Origin: Lama glama
Lineage: Eukaryota
Direction of reading: 5' to 3'
Assembly (NCBI GenBank): GCA_028534125.1
Contig: CM052823.1
Coordinates: 75,950,001 to 76,014,000, forward strand
Length of the DNA stretch: 64,000 nt
The notes beneath the pieces were generated by a model, which ran no database searches, was not told where the DNA came from, and saw nothing but the letters and a program-made list of their open reading frames with translations. A program made the position numbers and the translations under genes. Shown piece by piece: positions 38,921-50,701 of this stretch (position 1 is its first letter; each line of letters starts with the position of its first letter).

Positions 38921-39609
38921 CCAGAGTTAGTCATAGCTGCCTTGGCCCCTGCTCCTTTACAAAAGCTCCTACCCAAATACTGTTTTGGGGAAGTTTTGTT
39001 AAATTAGCTCTCTAAGACTAATCCCTTTGTCAGGGATATTTGAAGAGGGGGCAACAACGTAACCCAGAGGCTTTAGAAACAGAGTGGACAGGGCACTGCA
39101 GTCCTGCAATTTTGAAGCAGTGTCCTCGGGAAAAAGCTCTGCTTTCTATAGCATCATCTCACCCACCCCCGACTCCAGCCACACCTGGGTTCCCTTCCCA
39201 GCCACCTGAAGTTGGTGGCATGTCACTTGGCCTGCTTCCTCTCTACCTGTGCAGTCCCTCACTGTTGTGATCCAGGGGATGCCCCCTAGTTAGCCCTGCC
39301 TCAGGCTCTGTTCTCACAGAAAGGCTACCTCAAAGAGTCCTATCCCACTTGGGATGTGCATCATGGCAAAGAATGGTGACATGCCCTGTGGCCACCACTG
39401 CCACAGCCCAGCTGAGTGCCCCCTTCCAATTCATAGCCTGTGACAGCCATCGAAAATGTGGGATCTAAGTGGTTTCAGTGACAGATTAAAGAGCCTCTCC
39501 TGTGAAAAGATGCCTAAATCTTCGCTGCCAGCCCACCTACTCAGAACTTTTGCATTACTAAGACCAGAAGAGACTATTTGAAGGTCTGTGTAAAGTGGTT
39601 GCTTGTGCC

Positions 39610-39812
39610 ACTGTGGCACAAGGAAAGCGCACTGGCTGAGGAATCCGGGTGTAAACCCCAACTTTGCCATTCACTGTTTAGGTAACATTTCGGCAAACTG
39701 CTGAACCCAGTTTACTCATAGGCCAAACAGAGATGCTGATGCCTTTGCACAGTTGTTGTGAGGATTAAACAGAGCTGCACATTGTAAAGTACCCAGCCCA
39801 CAGGGGCTGCTC
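39610..39812 (+). mobile_element. MIR
   Basis: 'ggaaagcgcactggc...cagttgttgtgaggattaaa...tgtaaagtacccagc'. Confidence 0.75.
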
Positions 39813-41239
39813 TGAAGGTTTTTTCTTGCTTCTCTCTTACCAGAGAAAGAACATATTATCTCAAGTATGACTGACTCATTGAAGAGGGTTAAAATTTTTT
39901 CTGTTAAAAGGCCAATCACTTTTCTGCCTGATCATTTCAATTCAGGTATTAAGCTGTCCAAAGTAAACAGATTAGTTTGCAGCGAGGATCTCCCACAAAG
40001 CAGAACTGTTTGGCAGTCGGTCTGCCAGCTATTATCCTCCCCCACCCCATCCCCCGACCCCCAGTCCAATCCCAGCCTAAGGGTCAAAGAAAAAGAGCCA
40101 TCAAGATTTGTCTGTGATTTTTAGACACCAAATAAGGATTATGAGAGAAACTTCTCATTCATGAAACTGAAACTATCCTTTTTCCTGGGACGCCCTCACT
40201 AATGGAGAGGTTCATTTGATTTCCTGGTTTATGATTTATATTGAGATCATTTGTGTCTATGTGTGTGTTTCAGAAGTAACTAATCCAATATAGCAGAATG
40301 AGTTGGCTTAGTCTGTAGTGGCCAGTCTGTTCTAAGTATTTCATTGATTATCTCAAATCCGGTAATTATTTGTCCATTTGGTCAGAGGACTCATTAAGAC
40401 AGCCAAAATGACAAGCTCTACAGTGCCATGGGTCCCCTTTGTTTCCTTATGCATAGATAAAACGTAGAGGACTTTACCTTCAAAGGACATAGTGACTGGA
40501 TTTGAAAAATCTTAAAGAACCGCTGCAAAAACTTAGCTACTATTTGCAACATAAGTGTTACCATCTGCTTTTTTTAGTTTTCATTCATATTTAGTAGGCT
40601 ATGTTACACTTAAAAGTGAAAACACATCCTGACACACCAACACCATTAATGTCTTATAGTTATTTATGGAATTTCCTTAACTTAAAGCTGCAGACACGTT
40701 TCTACAGTAATGACAAGACTGTAAATATGAGTACGTTATATCTTTAGTTCTAAAGGACAAAGCTATATGTTTTTGTGCTTTCATAGTACATTGCTTTAAA
40801 AAAAAAGATTCCTGCAATTCATTTGAAAATACCTAAGTTACTAACTTTCAAAGTAATCACAAGAAGGAATTCTTTCTGCCCGAAATTGGTAGCAGTGACA
40901 GAAATACAAGTCATAGCAGCTTTTTAAATCAAGTGTAATCATATTGGGCTGATAAGGAGCCCTGTCTTAACAGAGTAATTGTAGGTTTCAAATTTTCTGG
41001 GACCATCTTGATTTTGAATTGGGTACAACAATGCCCTGACTCATTGTCAACTCTGTATTAAGACTAAGTATTCCATTTTCTGATTCCAAAAAGATGTCAG
41101 TATACAGTTCAATTTAAAGATAAGTGGCACACACAGTTCTTATAAAAAACAAAAGTATCACTGTCCTAACTTATCTTTCTTGAAACTGCAGTTTTCTGAA
41201 GTCTGTTTGCTTAGATCTATGATATCTCTGTGTAATGTT

Positions 41240-41421
41240 TCCAAGTTCAACAAGAAAGATTTTTATTTCACCCTCACAAAATATCTCCTTATGCCCTTTG
41301 ACTACCCTAAGTGGGTTTATCATTACACAGTCTTTAAAGGGGTTCAGATAAAAAAACAACTGTTCCTCATCTCCAACTCCAATTTTCTAGAAAGACATTT
41401 AAGTCTTCAACTCCTGGGTAC
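41240..41421 (-). other. Candidate 3'-terminal exon of an unidentified minus-strand transcript
   Basis: Strong acceptor 'ccttgtttgcttttttcag|GTACCC' (exon starts 41421); stop codon in all frames within ~55 nt; AATAAA at 41267-41262. Confidence 0.35.
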
Positions 41422-42012
41422 CTGAAAAAAGCAAACAAGGTACAGATGGCTGGAATTTCTCCTCTCAGCGTTGGAATGAATCTTTTCTTACAGCAATGAA
41501 AACAAATAGAAAAATGCTTACTTTTGTGCTGTGAATGAGAAAAAAGAAAAAACCAGTCCTTGAATATTTGGAACAAAAGACCATCACTTGCTACTGGAAT
41601 TGACGCTGGATTGAAAAGCTGAAGTTTGAAAGTAAAATAATTTTGCTACTCTCTAAATATTTTAGCAGCTTAAAAGTACACTGAAAAAGAAAATACACTT
41701 ATTCCCCTAGCAGTGCACACCACTCGAGGTAATATTTGCACACTCTTATTTTGCCACAGTGTAGATTTTCTCCCTTCAAATGAAAACCTACATAAATAAA
41801 CTCTGAAAAGAACAGATTGTTCCCCTCTTTCATCCTCATGTAAATAAAATATTTTGAGTGAACTGTTTCCTGATTACAAAATTTATGTCCAAGTTGTTTT
41901 AAAAAAATCAGGAAGCAATTATTTAATAGAACACATTCTATTAAAAGTTAATCAAGACCAACTAATAAGACTTTTAAAAAATGAACATATTTCAAAGAAT
42001 TTTTTCTCTTCA

Positions 42013-42140
42013 NNNNNNNNNNNNNNNNNNNNNNNNNNNNNNNNNNNNNNNNNNNNNNNNNNNNNNNNNNNNNNNNNNNNNNNNNNNNNNNNNNNNNNNN
42101 NNNNNNNNNNNNNNNNNNNNNNNNNNNNNNNNNNNNNNNN
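42013..42140. other. Assembly gap (128 N)
   Basis: N run. Confidence 1.
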
Positions 42141-42184
42141 CTGTTTAAGAACCGGGTGGCTTTTCTGGCAATCACTCTTTGTGT

Positions 42185-42237
42185 GCCATCTTTTATAAAG
42201 GTGCTTCTTGTTGCTAAGAGATCAGTTGCTTAGAGAC
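42185..42237 (-). promoter_or_regulatory. Tandem RFX X-box-like motifs next to a TATA box and YY1 motif
   Basis: GTTGCTAAGAGAT (42210-42222) and GTTGCTTAGAGAC (42225-42237); minus-strand TATAAAAG (42197-42190); GCCATCTT (42185-42192). Confidence 0.45.
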
Positions 42238-42558
42238 CAAATCATTTTAAAAAAAATATATATGTCAGGGGCCAACATAAAATTATAACCAAATTTTGTC
42301 ATTTCAGCTTGCCCTCCGAATGTTTGGCTTTTGTAATAGATCGTAACGTACCAAGAGAAGCCAGTTACTAATCACAAATAGAAAACGGACCATGAGGAGG
42401 AGAAAAGATCTGTGCGTACACTTCCGTGGACAGACAGTAATGCCGCCGACTCCCTGGGAGGGAGTGACATCTTCACGGGGCTCTCTGCTGAAACTTTGAC
42501 TCCTCGTGGGGGTCTGAGGCATGTGCTGGGAAATGTGGATTTACCTACACGCATGTAC

Positions 42559-42597
42559 CTGTCCCATGCAAACGAGTGCAATTTGGAGTATGAAGAC
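42559..42597 (-). other. Candidate 39-nt micro-exon (alternative donor extends it to 42545)
   Basis: Acceptor 'cttcacacttcctag|'; donors CAG|gtacat and TAG|gtaaat; open in all three frames. Confidence 0.25.
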
Positions 42598-43585
42598 CTA
42601 GGAAGTGTGAAGCTACTTTTGTCTTTTCCAAAGGAAAATTAAGAGGAAAATGCTACACGTAGGAAAATATTAAGTCAGATCTGAAGTGATCTTTGCCTTT
42701 AGCTAGATGTTTATATGTGTGAATGACTGCCACTGCTTCGGGTCCAGGTGTGTATGTGCCAGGAGATGGGGGTTTGCCTACAAAGCAATTATTATCTTCT
42801 TCCCTGTGCTCAGGTATAGCCTTATCCAGGAGACAGCAGTCAAAACTATTGGTTAAGCAGGAAAGGCTTGGCCTTGGGGGTCTTTCTCTCCCCGCTCCTG
42901 GTGACTTAGCTCATTTATACCCTCCCCTCAAATTAACTGTTACCTAAGTATTACCCCTCCCAGGGGCAGGAATATATTTTTAAATGAAAGACTCTTATAT
43001 TTCCTCAAGGTTCAAATGAATGACAGCATTCCAAGCTTCTTAATGGGTAAGATAGGTGATGGTTGGGAGCAAAATTAAGCGAGACACAACCCTTCACTGT
43101 GTAACACCAACCACAGCTCCCTCCTCCATCTCTTTCCCTACCTCCTCCATCCTTCATAGGTCTCTTTGGTCCCATCTTAGGTGAGAAGATAGCAAGCAAA
43201 TACGTGGTCAAATACATGCAGTTAAAAATCAAGCTAAGAGGTAAAAAAGAGTACTTAGGATCTTACACAGTTTTTCCTTTACTAGCTTCCAGAGTGCTTG
43301 CCATTAGAGAAGACTTCATGCCTTTAGCTTGATTGGTAAAGGACACACTGTGCAGGAGGTGGAGCCAGGGCTAGAGGCCGGGCTGGAAGCGTTGGGTGGG
43401 ATGACGAAGATATCTGGCTCTCATTCACTGTCTTAGCTCTGGTCACTGTCAGATTTGCATCATCTCATCACTCATTTACAAAATAGATGAAGGACCCACA
43501 ACCAGTTTGAATTTATTCAGAGATACATGGAAGTTTAAAAAAAATGTACAGCCTGTGCAAATGGGATGGGGCCAGTGTTTAGCAG

Positions 43586-43682
43586 AAATTCATTACAAGA
43601 GGAGATGAAACACTGACTTTCTCCAAGCCAAGCTATGAGCCAAATGAACACATGGCATTTGAGTGCCAGAGAACAAACTCAG
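43586..43682 (+). other. Candidate exon (strong donor, weak acceptor)
   Basis: CAG|gtaagc at 43682/43683; upstream 'gtgtttagcag|'. Confidence 0.2.
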
Positions 43683-44329
43683 GTAAGCACCAAGCAAGCA
43701 TTTTCCCTTAAGATCTCCTCCTCCTTTTCCATTCCACCCCCCCTAGTTTTTCTTTATTGCCTATTTTTTTTCTTTTGAGAAAGAAATGGAAGCAGAAAGG
43801 AAAGGGATCCAAGACAGAAGAATTACAGGTAGCAAAAAGCCAGAGAAATTAAAATTTCCAAATACGAGGTCAGTACTTAGGAAATGCTAATTGAAGGACT
43901 GAAAGAGGAGGCCAAGGGGGAAAGAGGCCATGAACTCGACTGTATATTTCTTGAGGCAAAAACCACCTTATACTTTCTTTCCCCAATTCCAAGTACTTTG
44001 TACAGGGCTTTTGCATTTTGAACACAAATGCTCTTGTCAAATTCTGAGTCAAAGGAGGGGAAAAAAAGCAGAAAGGGCGGGCCTGAAGAGATTGCACTAC
44101 TCCTCGGCCCTGTATCCCATGTGCCCAATTCCCTCCCAAGCCGTGTGCTCTGCAGACATTTGTATTTTGGACCTCAATCTAAAAATAAAATTACCTGCCC
44201 TTTTTGTCCATCCATCCAGCTCTCTCTACTCCTTTGGTTCCAGTTTGGCTCTCCCCACCATTGTGGCCATTTACTTTGGATTCTTAATTTCTACCTTTGG
44301 GACATGAGGTTCCACATCTACCTTTTGGC

Positions 44330-46230
44330 TACCTCTTGCCTATCAGGAGGTAACTCAGGCACCATTCAGGATACCAATCCTTGGTAGACTTCAGGCTTTT
44401 ACCTGTCTGGGTGGAGGTAGGGAAATGCAGTGGTCTATGAAGGACCCACTCAATTGTCAACACTGTGTGGCTGAAGGAAATAGGCTTGGATCCATGGGGG
44501 CTCTGCCTACGAATGTCCCAAATTAAAGCTTTGAAAGGAGATTTTTCACATGAATGAAACTGTTTGCACCAAGGAATGTGATCTGGTGCCATTTTGGGTC
44601 CTGGAGTACGGCAGACCACTTGTCCACAGGTACCTGGACCACAGAGCCCCCACAACCTGATCCCACAACTGCTGGACAGCTGCTCAGTCCATGCAAGCTC
44701 CATCTCCCAATCTCAGGAATGGAGGAGCAGCTAGGAACCCAGAAGTGTAGGCTCCTGCCTCCAGACCAGGAGATGGTACACTTAGAGACATCAAGCCTCA
44801 AGGCACCCTCTGCAGAAGTGGTTGTCACTGTAGGTGCCTTTCACTGGGGAAAGCAGTGTCCTTTGATGCCACTCCCAACTGAGCACCCAAAGATCCATCT
44901 ATTGCCTACTGTCCAATTGCTGTAACTCCCCCAGGACTTGCTTCTCTTGGCCGAACACCCAAGATACCTTTTCTGTAAGGTTGACACCTTAGCTAAGAAG
45001 TAGGAATTGTCTACTCCTATCCTGGGAAGTTTCCAGTGTAGTGGCCTGCAACTCTGTTCTTATTTCTCCAGGAAACTTCTCAGAAGGGGCCAAATGGCCT
45101 AGGAGCATGACCTGCTAGATAAGAATGGAGGTTGCTTCAAGTGTTTGAGGTCCTCTCTAGACGGACCTCTGCATGTAGCCTAGAGCAGCTAGTAGAAGCT
45201 TGACTGCTACCATGCAAGACTGCTTTTTCCTAGCAGTTTTACCTTGCTGGGTGCCATTGTGCACCTGGTCAGAAAGCTTTCTGTGGTCAGAAAGCTACTC
45301 TTAGAAGCCAGGGCACCAGAGGGCACCAGAGGAGGGTCTGCCCTGGAAAAGTCACCTCCAGCAACCCAGCCCAGCAGCTGATATTAAAGAGTAGGGTTTG
45401 GGCAGTGGAGAGCAGCAAAGCACAACCACCTCCAGTTGAACTTCAGGGCAACTTTGGGAGTTGTGAGGTGAAGGGCCAGAGGGTCTGCTCTCCTGAGGAC
45501 AGCTGCTCATCCTGGCCAGGGGTACTGCAACCAAGCTTGCCCTTGGGCTGATTGCCTCTCTGGACTTAAAAATTTTGTCACAATCCACAGAGATTTCTGG
45601 CATGCTAAGACCTGAGATACAGAGCGCTGGGTCAATAATGAGCAGACCTTAGGGCTTGTGTTTATAGCTGCCTTCCCTGATCACATCTCCTCCTGGTCTC
45701 GCCGCCTCCTTGCAGTGATAAAGGCCTTAAGACATCACATTTCATCCTCCCATTTTCAGCTCATCATCACAGCGCTACTCAGGAAAAATTCCTCCAAACA
45801 CCTTGCTCCACATCCAGATTGTATCCCAGATTTGTGGGGTACACATCTGTTCAGGGGCACGCCCACCAGTTCTCCAATAATTACCTAAAGAGCAAGGCCA
45901 GACAAGTGTATTACTTGGGTGCTCAGGAAAGATTTGCCCTTGGACCCAGCACCAATGATGGGCCTGATCCAACTTTTCAGGTAATGTACCCGTAACAACC
46001 CTCTGCCCCTTCTGTCTTGCTGGAACACCCCTTCTCTCCCCTCCCTCTCCCTCTCCACCCTGGCACAGAAAATATGGCTTCCGCCCATACCACTGTCCCA
46101 ATGCTCTGGTCACACCAACACTCTGGCAGCCAGCCTGCCATTGGGAGAGCTACAGCATCCCCCTTCCAGGAAGGCCTCCAAGACACCTTGCTCTGACATG
46201 TTGAAGACCACAATGAAGAGCCCACCAACT
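44330..46230 (-). mobile_element. Highly decayed LTR-retroelement pol remnant (RNase H then integrase; Gypsy/MamGyp- or ERVL-class)
   Basis: With frameshifts, the minus strand gives SAQ-ASLVAVPLA (45551-45514; cf. SAQxAELxAV), HNG..KT..AW*..GYMQ (45262-45170; cf. HHCC) and PFGPF*EVSW...SYFL (from 45097; cf. integrase core start); boundaries uncertain. Confidence 0.4.
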
Positions 46231-47350
46231 ACCCCTGGGCTCCAGAGCAGGCACATGTGTCCAACTCTTCTTGTAAGTTACCAGACATTCAAGGCAGCGA
46301 GCTCTTGGACTACAATTTGTGTGATAATTAACATAACAAAAGAGCAGAGCCTAATAAATAGCACCACACAGTCCAATTTCACTGCTTTTCTTAGAGAAAG
46401 AACCATGATGTTCTTCTCATAGATTGTCTGGCCCTAGTTGACCCTCTTCACAGCCGGTAATTTACCTCTAGTCACTGCCTCTGACAACATTCAGGCATTC
46501 ATTGTACCCATCTGTTGAGTAGTTTTCTGAGTGAGCAAAGGATGGGGAGAGGGATGGAAAACAAGAGAAGGATATGCTGTGGTGGGGGAAATGTAGAAGC
46601 AAACCAAAGCCAAGGGTCCTCTTGAACCTCACAAGGTGCCTACATTACTGTCCACACTGAAAAAATTCCACAGTAACCTACTAACTCTGGTATCTCCTAA
46701 TCCTCAAGAGAAAAATGGGAGATAATTACTAATTGCAACACAATTATAAACCAACAATATTTTTAGCAAAGTACAGTTAAACTGAGCAAAATTCTTACAA
46801 GTCAAAACTAATCTCCCTTCTCCTCTTTCGCTTGTCTGACTCACCCCTGAGTCCATCTATTCCTGTCTCCCTCCTCTACCTGTACATCCCTCCAAGCCAC
46901 CTCTCATCTGTAGGTAAGCACACCCTCCCTCCCACCTTGTCTGTATACACCACTGCTGGGACAGACACACATCTTGAAATGCGGTGGGCTAAGATCAAGG
47001 TCAAAAAGCACTAAACTAAACTGCTCTGTCTTCAGGCATGTTTTGTTGGGTTTTCTCCTTGCCTTTAAGATTGATTCCTGTTTGAACCACAATCTTCAAC
47101 CAGCAGGGTACAAAGTACTTCTTTATTTCACTCTGCACATAGCATTTCAAAGCCAAGTGTAAGTATGCCTTAACCGCCAGACTTGTCCAAAGCCCACTGT
47201 GTAAGGGCACCAGTCCTTCAATAGCTTTAAGGGAAACCTCAAAAGAACAAATGTTCTCCTGTTGTATGTGCTCCTGGCACCATCACCTCCTCCCCATTCA
47301 GGGCTTCCCAACTTATTTTCATCCTGCAGGAGGTTTGTTGATCTGTAAGC

Positions 47351-47485
47351 ATGGAGCAGGCATCCAGTGGAAGGGTTGATGAAAATCACCCAGAAGGAAA
47401 TGAAAGGCAAGGAATCCACGCACAGGAGATACACTGGCCTACATGCAAGAGGTCGACACTTCATACCCGTGACATCTTGAAGGAG
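47351..47485 (+). CDS. Candidate first coding exon of an unidentified gene (exon 47330-47485; MEQASSGRVDENHPEGNERQGIHAQEIHWPTCKRSTLHTRDILKE)
   Basis: Acceptor 'ttattttcatcctgcag|', Kozak aagcATGG, 45 open codons, donor GAG|gtaagc, purine-rich; no homolog recognised. Confidence 0.3.
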
Positions 47486-48450
47486 GTAAGCAGTGGCAGA
47501 TTCAGAATACACCTCTAGGCCTTTAGAAGGGACACAAGGTGCTGCTCCAGTCTTGCTAAGGCTGGCTCCAGCAGAAAAAGCTTTCAGTTCATCCTCCCTA
47601 TCATGTTCATCCATGGGGCGGCATTGATAGAGCACAGGGACAACATGAGTGTTCCTCCTACACATAAATCATCCAGATGACACTCACTCCGAACGAAAAA
47701 TACCTCTAGGAATGAGCTAGAAAATTGGATCAGTCTTTCCTTACTTGCCTCTCCTGTTTTTCCCAGTCCCCTAGACCAACCCTAATCAGAATATAGAGAA
47801 TTACAATGTTTAAGGAAAGAACAACCCAGCCTTTTAAGCCAAGAGAGAGAGTGGCTAACAGCTGCCGTGAGCTTAACATGATTGTTTCCAAGAGGCGCTG
47901 CTAAAGCAATGTGAACCTTGGTGCAAATCAGGGAAGGTCAGTTTTGAAGCAACCAGGAACTTGAGCCCACTTCAACTTAGGGCTTTTTATAATGCTGCTT
48001 CCGTGATGGTGTTGTGAGCCTTCTCAGGTTCTTGGGCAGCTGTGGCTCAGACTTTGGTACCGCGGCTCTGCAGAAGGTCCCAGTTCCCACAGCTGCCCCC
48101 GCAGGCCCCTCCTCCTCTCCTTGGCCCAAACACCTGTGCCCTAACTCTGCCCCAGCAGGTCTCCACCCTGCTCTCAAATGGCACCCCTCCTCCAAAGGGT
48201 CAGTTAAAACCCCCAAAGTGATTATTAAGCTGACTCCTGATTCTCCTCAATGATGCAGGGCTAAAACTGAAAGGAAACAAAAGCACCACCTTCTGGACAT
48301 CCAACCCAAAGTAGGTCCAGGTCGCCAACCGATTTTATTGGCAACTGATAGGAAACTCTGGCTGTGTGCATCTTGGAGGTGGGGCGTGAATTGAAGGTGC
48401 AATGTTAAGTTCAGTGCCTCAGTGAAATGGTCCATGGGTGACTAGATTTG

Positions 48451-48514
48451 ATATATATATATATATATATATATATGATATATATATATATATATATATA
48501 TATCATATATATAT
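48451..48514. repeat. (AT)n microsatellite with mirrored interruptions
   Basis: 64-bp AT run with G at 48477 and C at 48504. Confidence 0.98.
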
Positions 48515-48654
48515 GCGTGTTAAAGAGTATTATTGGAGTAGAATGTAGTAATAAAAATCTGTTTTCATATACTGATTTAGAAGCACCATGGATTTGACAA
48601 ATCATCTCAAGGCTCTGGAGTCTCTGTTTTTCCTTAGCCTATCTCCCTTAAGAG

Positions 48655-48762
48655 CTCATGAACTTCTCAAGAGTAAGGACCATGTCTTACTCATATTCCT
48701 GTCCCTAGAGTCCTGATGCCTGTAGCCCTCAATAGTTGGGCAGTGAGTTTTGAAAGAATAAA
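48655..48762 (+). mobile_element. L2 3' terminus
   Basis: 'ctcaagagtaaggaccatgtcttactcat...tccctagagtcct'. Confidence 0.65.
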
Positions 48763-49607
48763 ACTGTTTACCCTTTGCCTTAAGTCCCCATCCTCTACCT
48801 TCCCTGGGTGTCCTCGCGTCCTGACAGCGGAGCTGCCTGAGCTCTCAATCCTGCCGCATTCCCAGACCAGTCATGCCTTGAGACAGGGATTCTTATTCAA
48901 GCAGCCACAGCTCTCCCACTGTCCAAAGTGTGGTACCAACTGGCTTCCCACTCCCAGTTGTCTAGTTTGGGCTTTGGTGCCCTGGAGCTGACCCCCAACT
49001 TTCCACAGTTGCTACTCAAGTCAAGATTCTCTACCATCTCATACTCCTTGGGATTCCTCTGCTGAAACCTGGACTCTTGCACCTCAGGCTTCACTGCTGG
49101 GTTTGGGGTTCATCTCTGATCCCCTTTCCTTGTTCTGGGTGAGCTGTCCAGTAAAGCTCTCCAGCTGCACCTCCTTACCCTGTGCACGCTCCTGTGGCCC
49201 CTACAGAGACAGCATTCACTTACCCCCTGTCTTGCTCCTCTGCACTTACTCTCCTCTCACCCTCCATCCCCCTTCCTTCCTGGAAACAGAAGCCCTAATC
49301 TGAACCTGTGGCCCAACAGCCCATTCCCTATTAAACTCAGACTATTCTCAATGGTGACAGCCTCCTCTCTGCCCTCATTCTGGTTTCTGCTTTGCCCCTC
49401 TGATGGGACGCTCCCACCTCCATTTCCTGAACCCCTGGTACTGACCAGTTGTTTAAATCAAGACAGGGGATTGCTGTGCCCTGTGTCCTCCCCTCCCAGC
49501 CAGCGCACCACTTAGCATATGGTCACAGCTAGTAAGAGGGCCCTGCCATCTCCCAGCCTTTCTTGGCAACCTTGAACACAACAAAGGGATCTGCAATATG
49601 GTGGTAA

Positions 49608-49629
49608 CCCCCACCCCCACCCCCACCCC

Positions 49630-49671
<42 letters not shown>
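49608..49671. repeat. (CCCCCA)3CCCCC followed by (AC)20
   Basis: Four C5 runs at 49608-49630, then AC repeat at 49632-49671. Confidence 0.97.
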
Positions 49672-49674
<3 letters not shown>

Positions 49675-50701
49675 ATTCCAGCTTTTTGCCCTGTCAACTA
49701 AGCGGGGAGGGGTTGTTCTGAAATGGGTTTATTGCTTTAGAATTGGGGTTTGGGGTTAGTTACATTCTTCATGGAAGGAGGGGTGGGGGGGTTCAGGTCT
49801 CTGATGAGATATGCTGAACTGTCTGGGGACAGTCCCACTTTCCATGGTGTTTTGCTCATTTCAGTGGAGGTAATTTACTTTGTGCATTACTAAATATACA
49901 AATCCTTACATTTTAAAAGGTTTGTTACACTTTATACCTATTTCCAAAAACATTTTAAAAGAATTCCTTCTCAAATTGTGAATCTGGGGAAAGGGGACCC
50001 CCTAGATGAGTAGGTGACTGGGCCGCTGCTATCCTGGCCCAGTTCTGGGCATAGAGCCTCTCAGGAGACCCTACACCTGACTTTTGCGCCAGGTTTCATA
50101 TGCCAAGGGTCCTGCTCTCATCAACAGGGACATGAACTTGGCTCTGCTTGTCATCATCCTTGGTTCCTGCCTAGTTGATGCTGCAAACCACCCTGCCACC
50201 TTTTATTTGGGTGGGTGCCTTGGGGCCTTCTGCCATGCTCACATGGCAGGTTTACCTGCAAAGCGCTCAGCTGCCCACTGTGCCCCCTCTTTTCTCTACA
50301 CTCCGCTCAGACACTCAGGATCCCTGGTCATCCTCTCCCCAGCCCTTGCCAGAAAGCTTTCCTGAGTCATTCATCTCTTCTTGTAAATGGAGGGTAACCC
50401 TGGCACCTACTCTAGAGCTATTTGCACTTTAAGCCTTTTTCCAGTGAATCAAGGAATAAAACCTTGCCCCACTGAAAGAATTTAGCATTAACCCTTGGGA
50501 GCTGGAGAAGTTTGGGAGAGGCTCTCTTCCAGTGCCCCAATATCCTATACACTGCTCCTGCTACCAGACCCAGCAAAGGCTGTGAAATCAAGCATAAACA
50601 GCCCGCACATTCCTCCACCATGCCCCTGGCCCCACTACCTAACTTCAGGCCCACCGCTGAGTGAGTGGAAGGTGGACAGCAGGTGTGAAACTGAAGTTAA
50701 G

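Noticed and set aside
47147-47665. 172-aa minus-strand ORF, the longest non-repeat ORF
   Set aside because: No recognisable domain, promoter or polyA context; it is antisense to a better-supported plus-strand exon candidate, and this length can occur by chance in 64 kb
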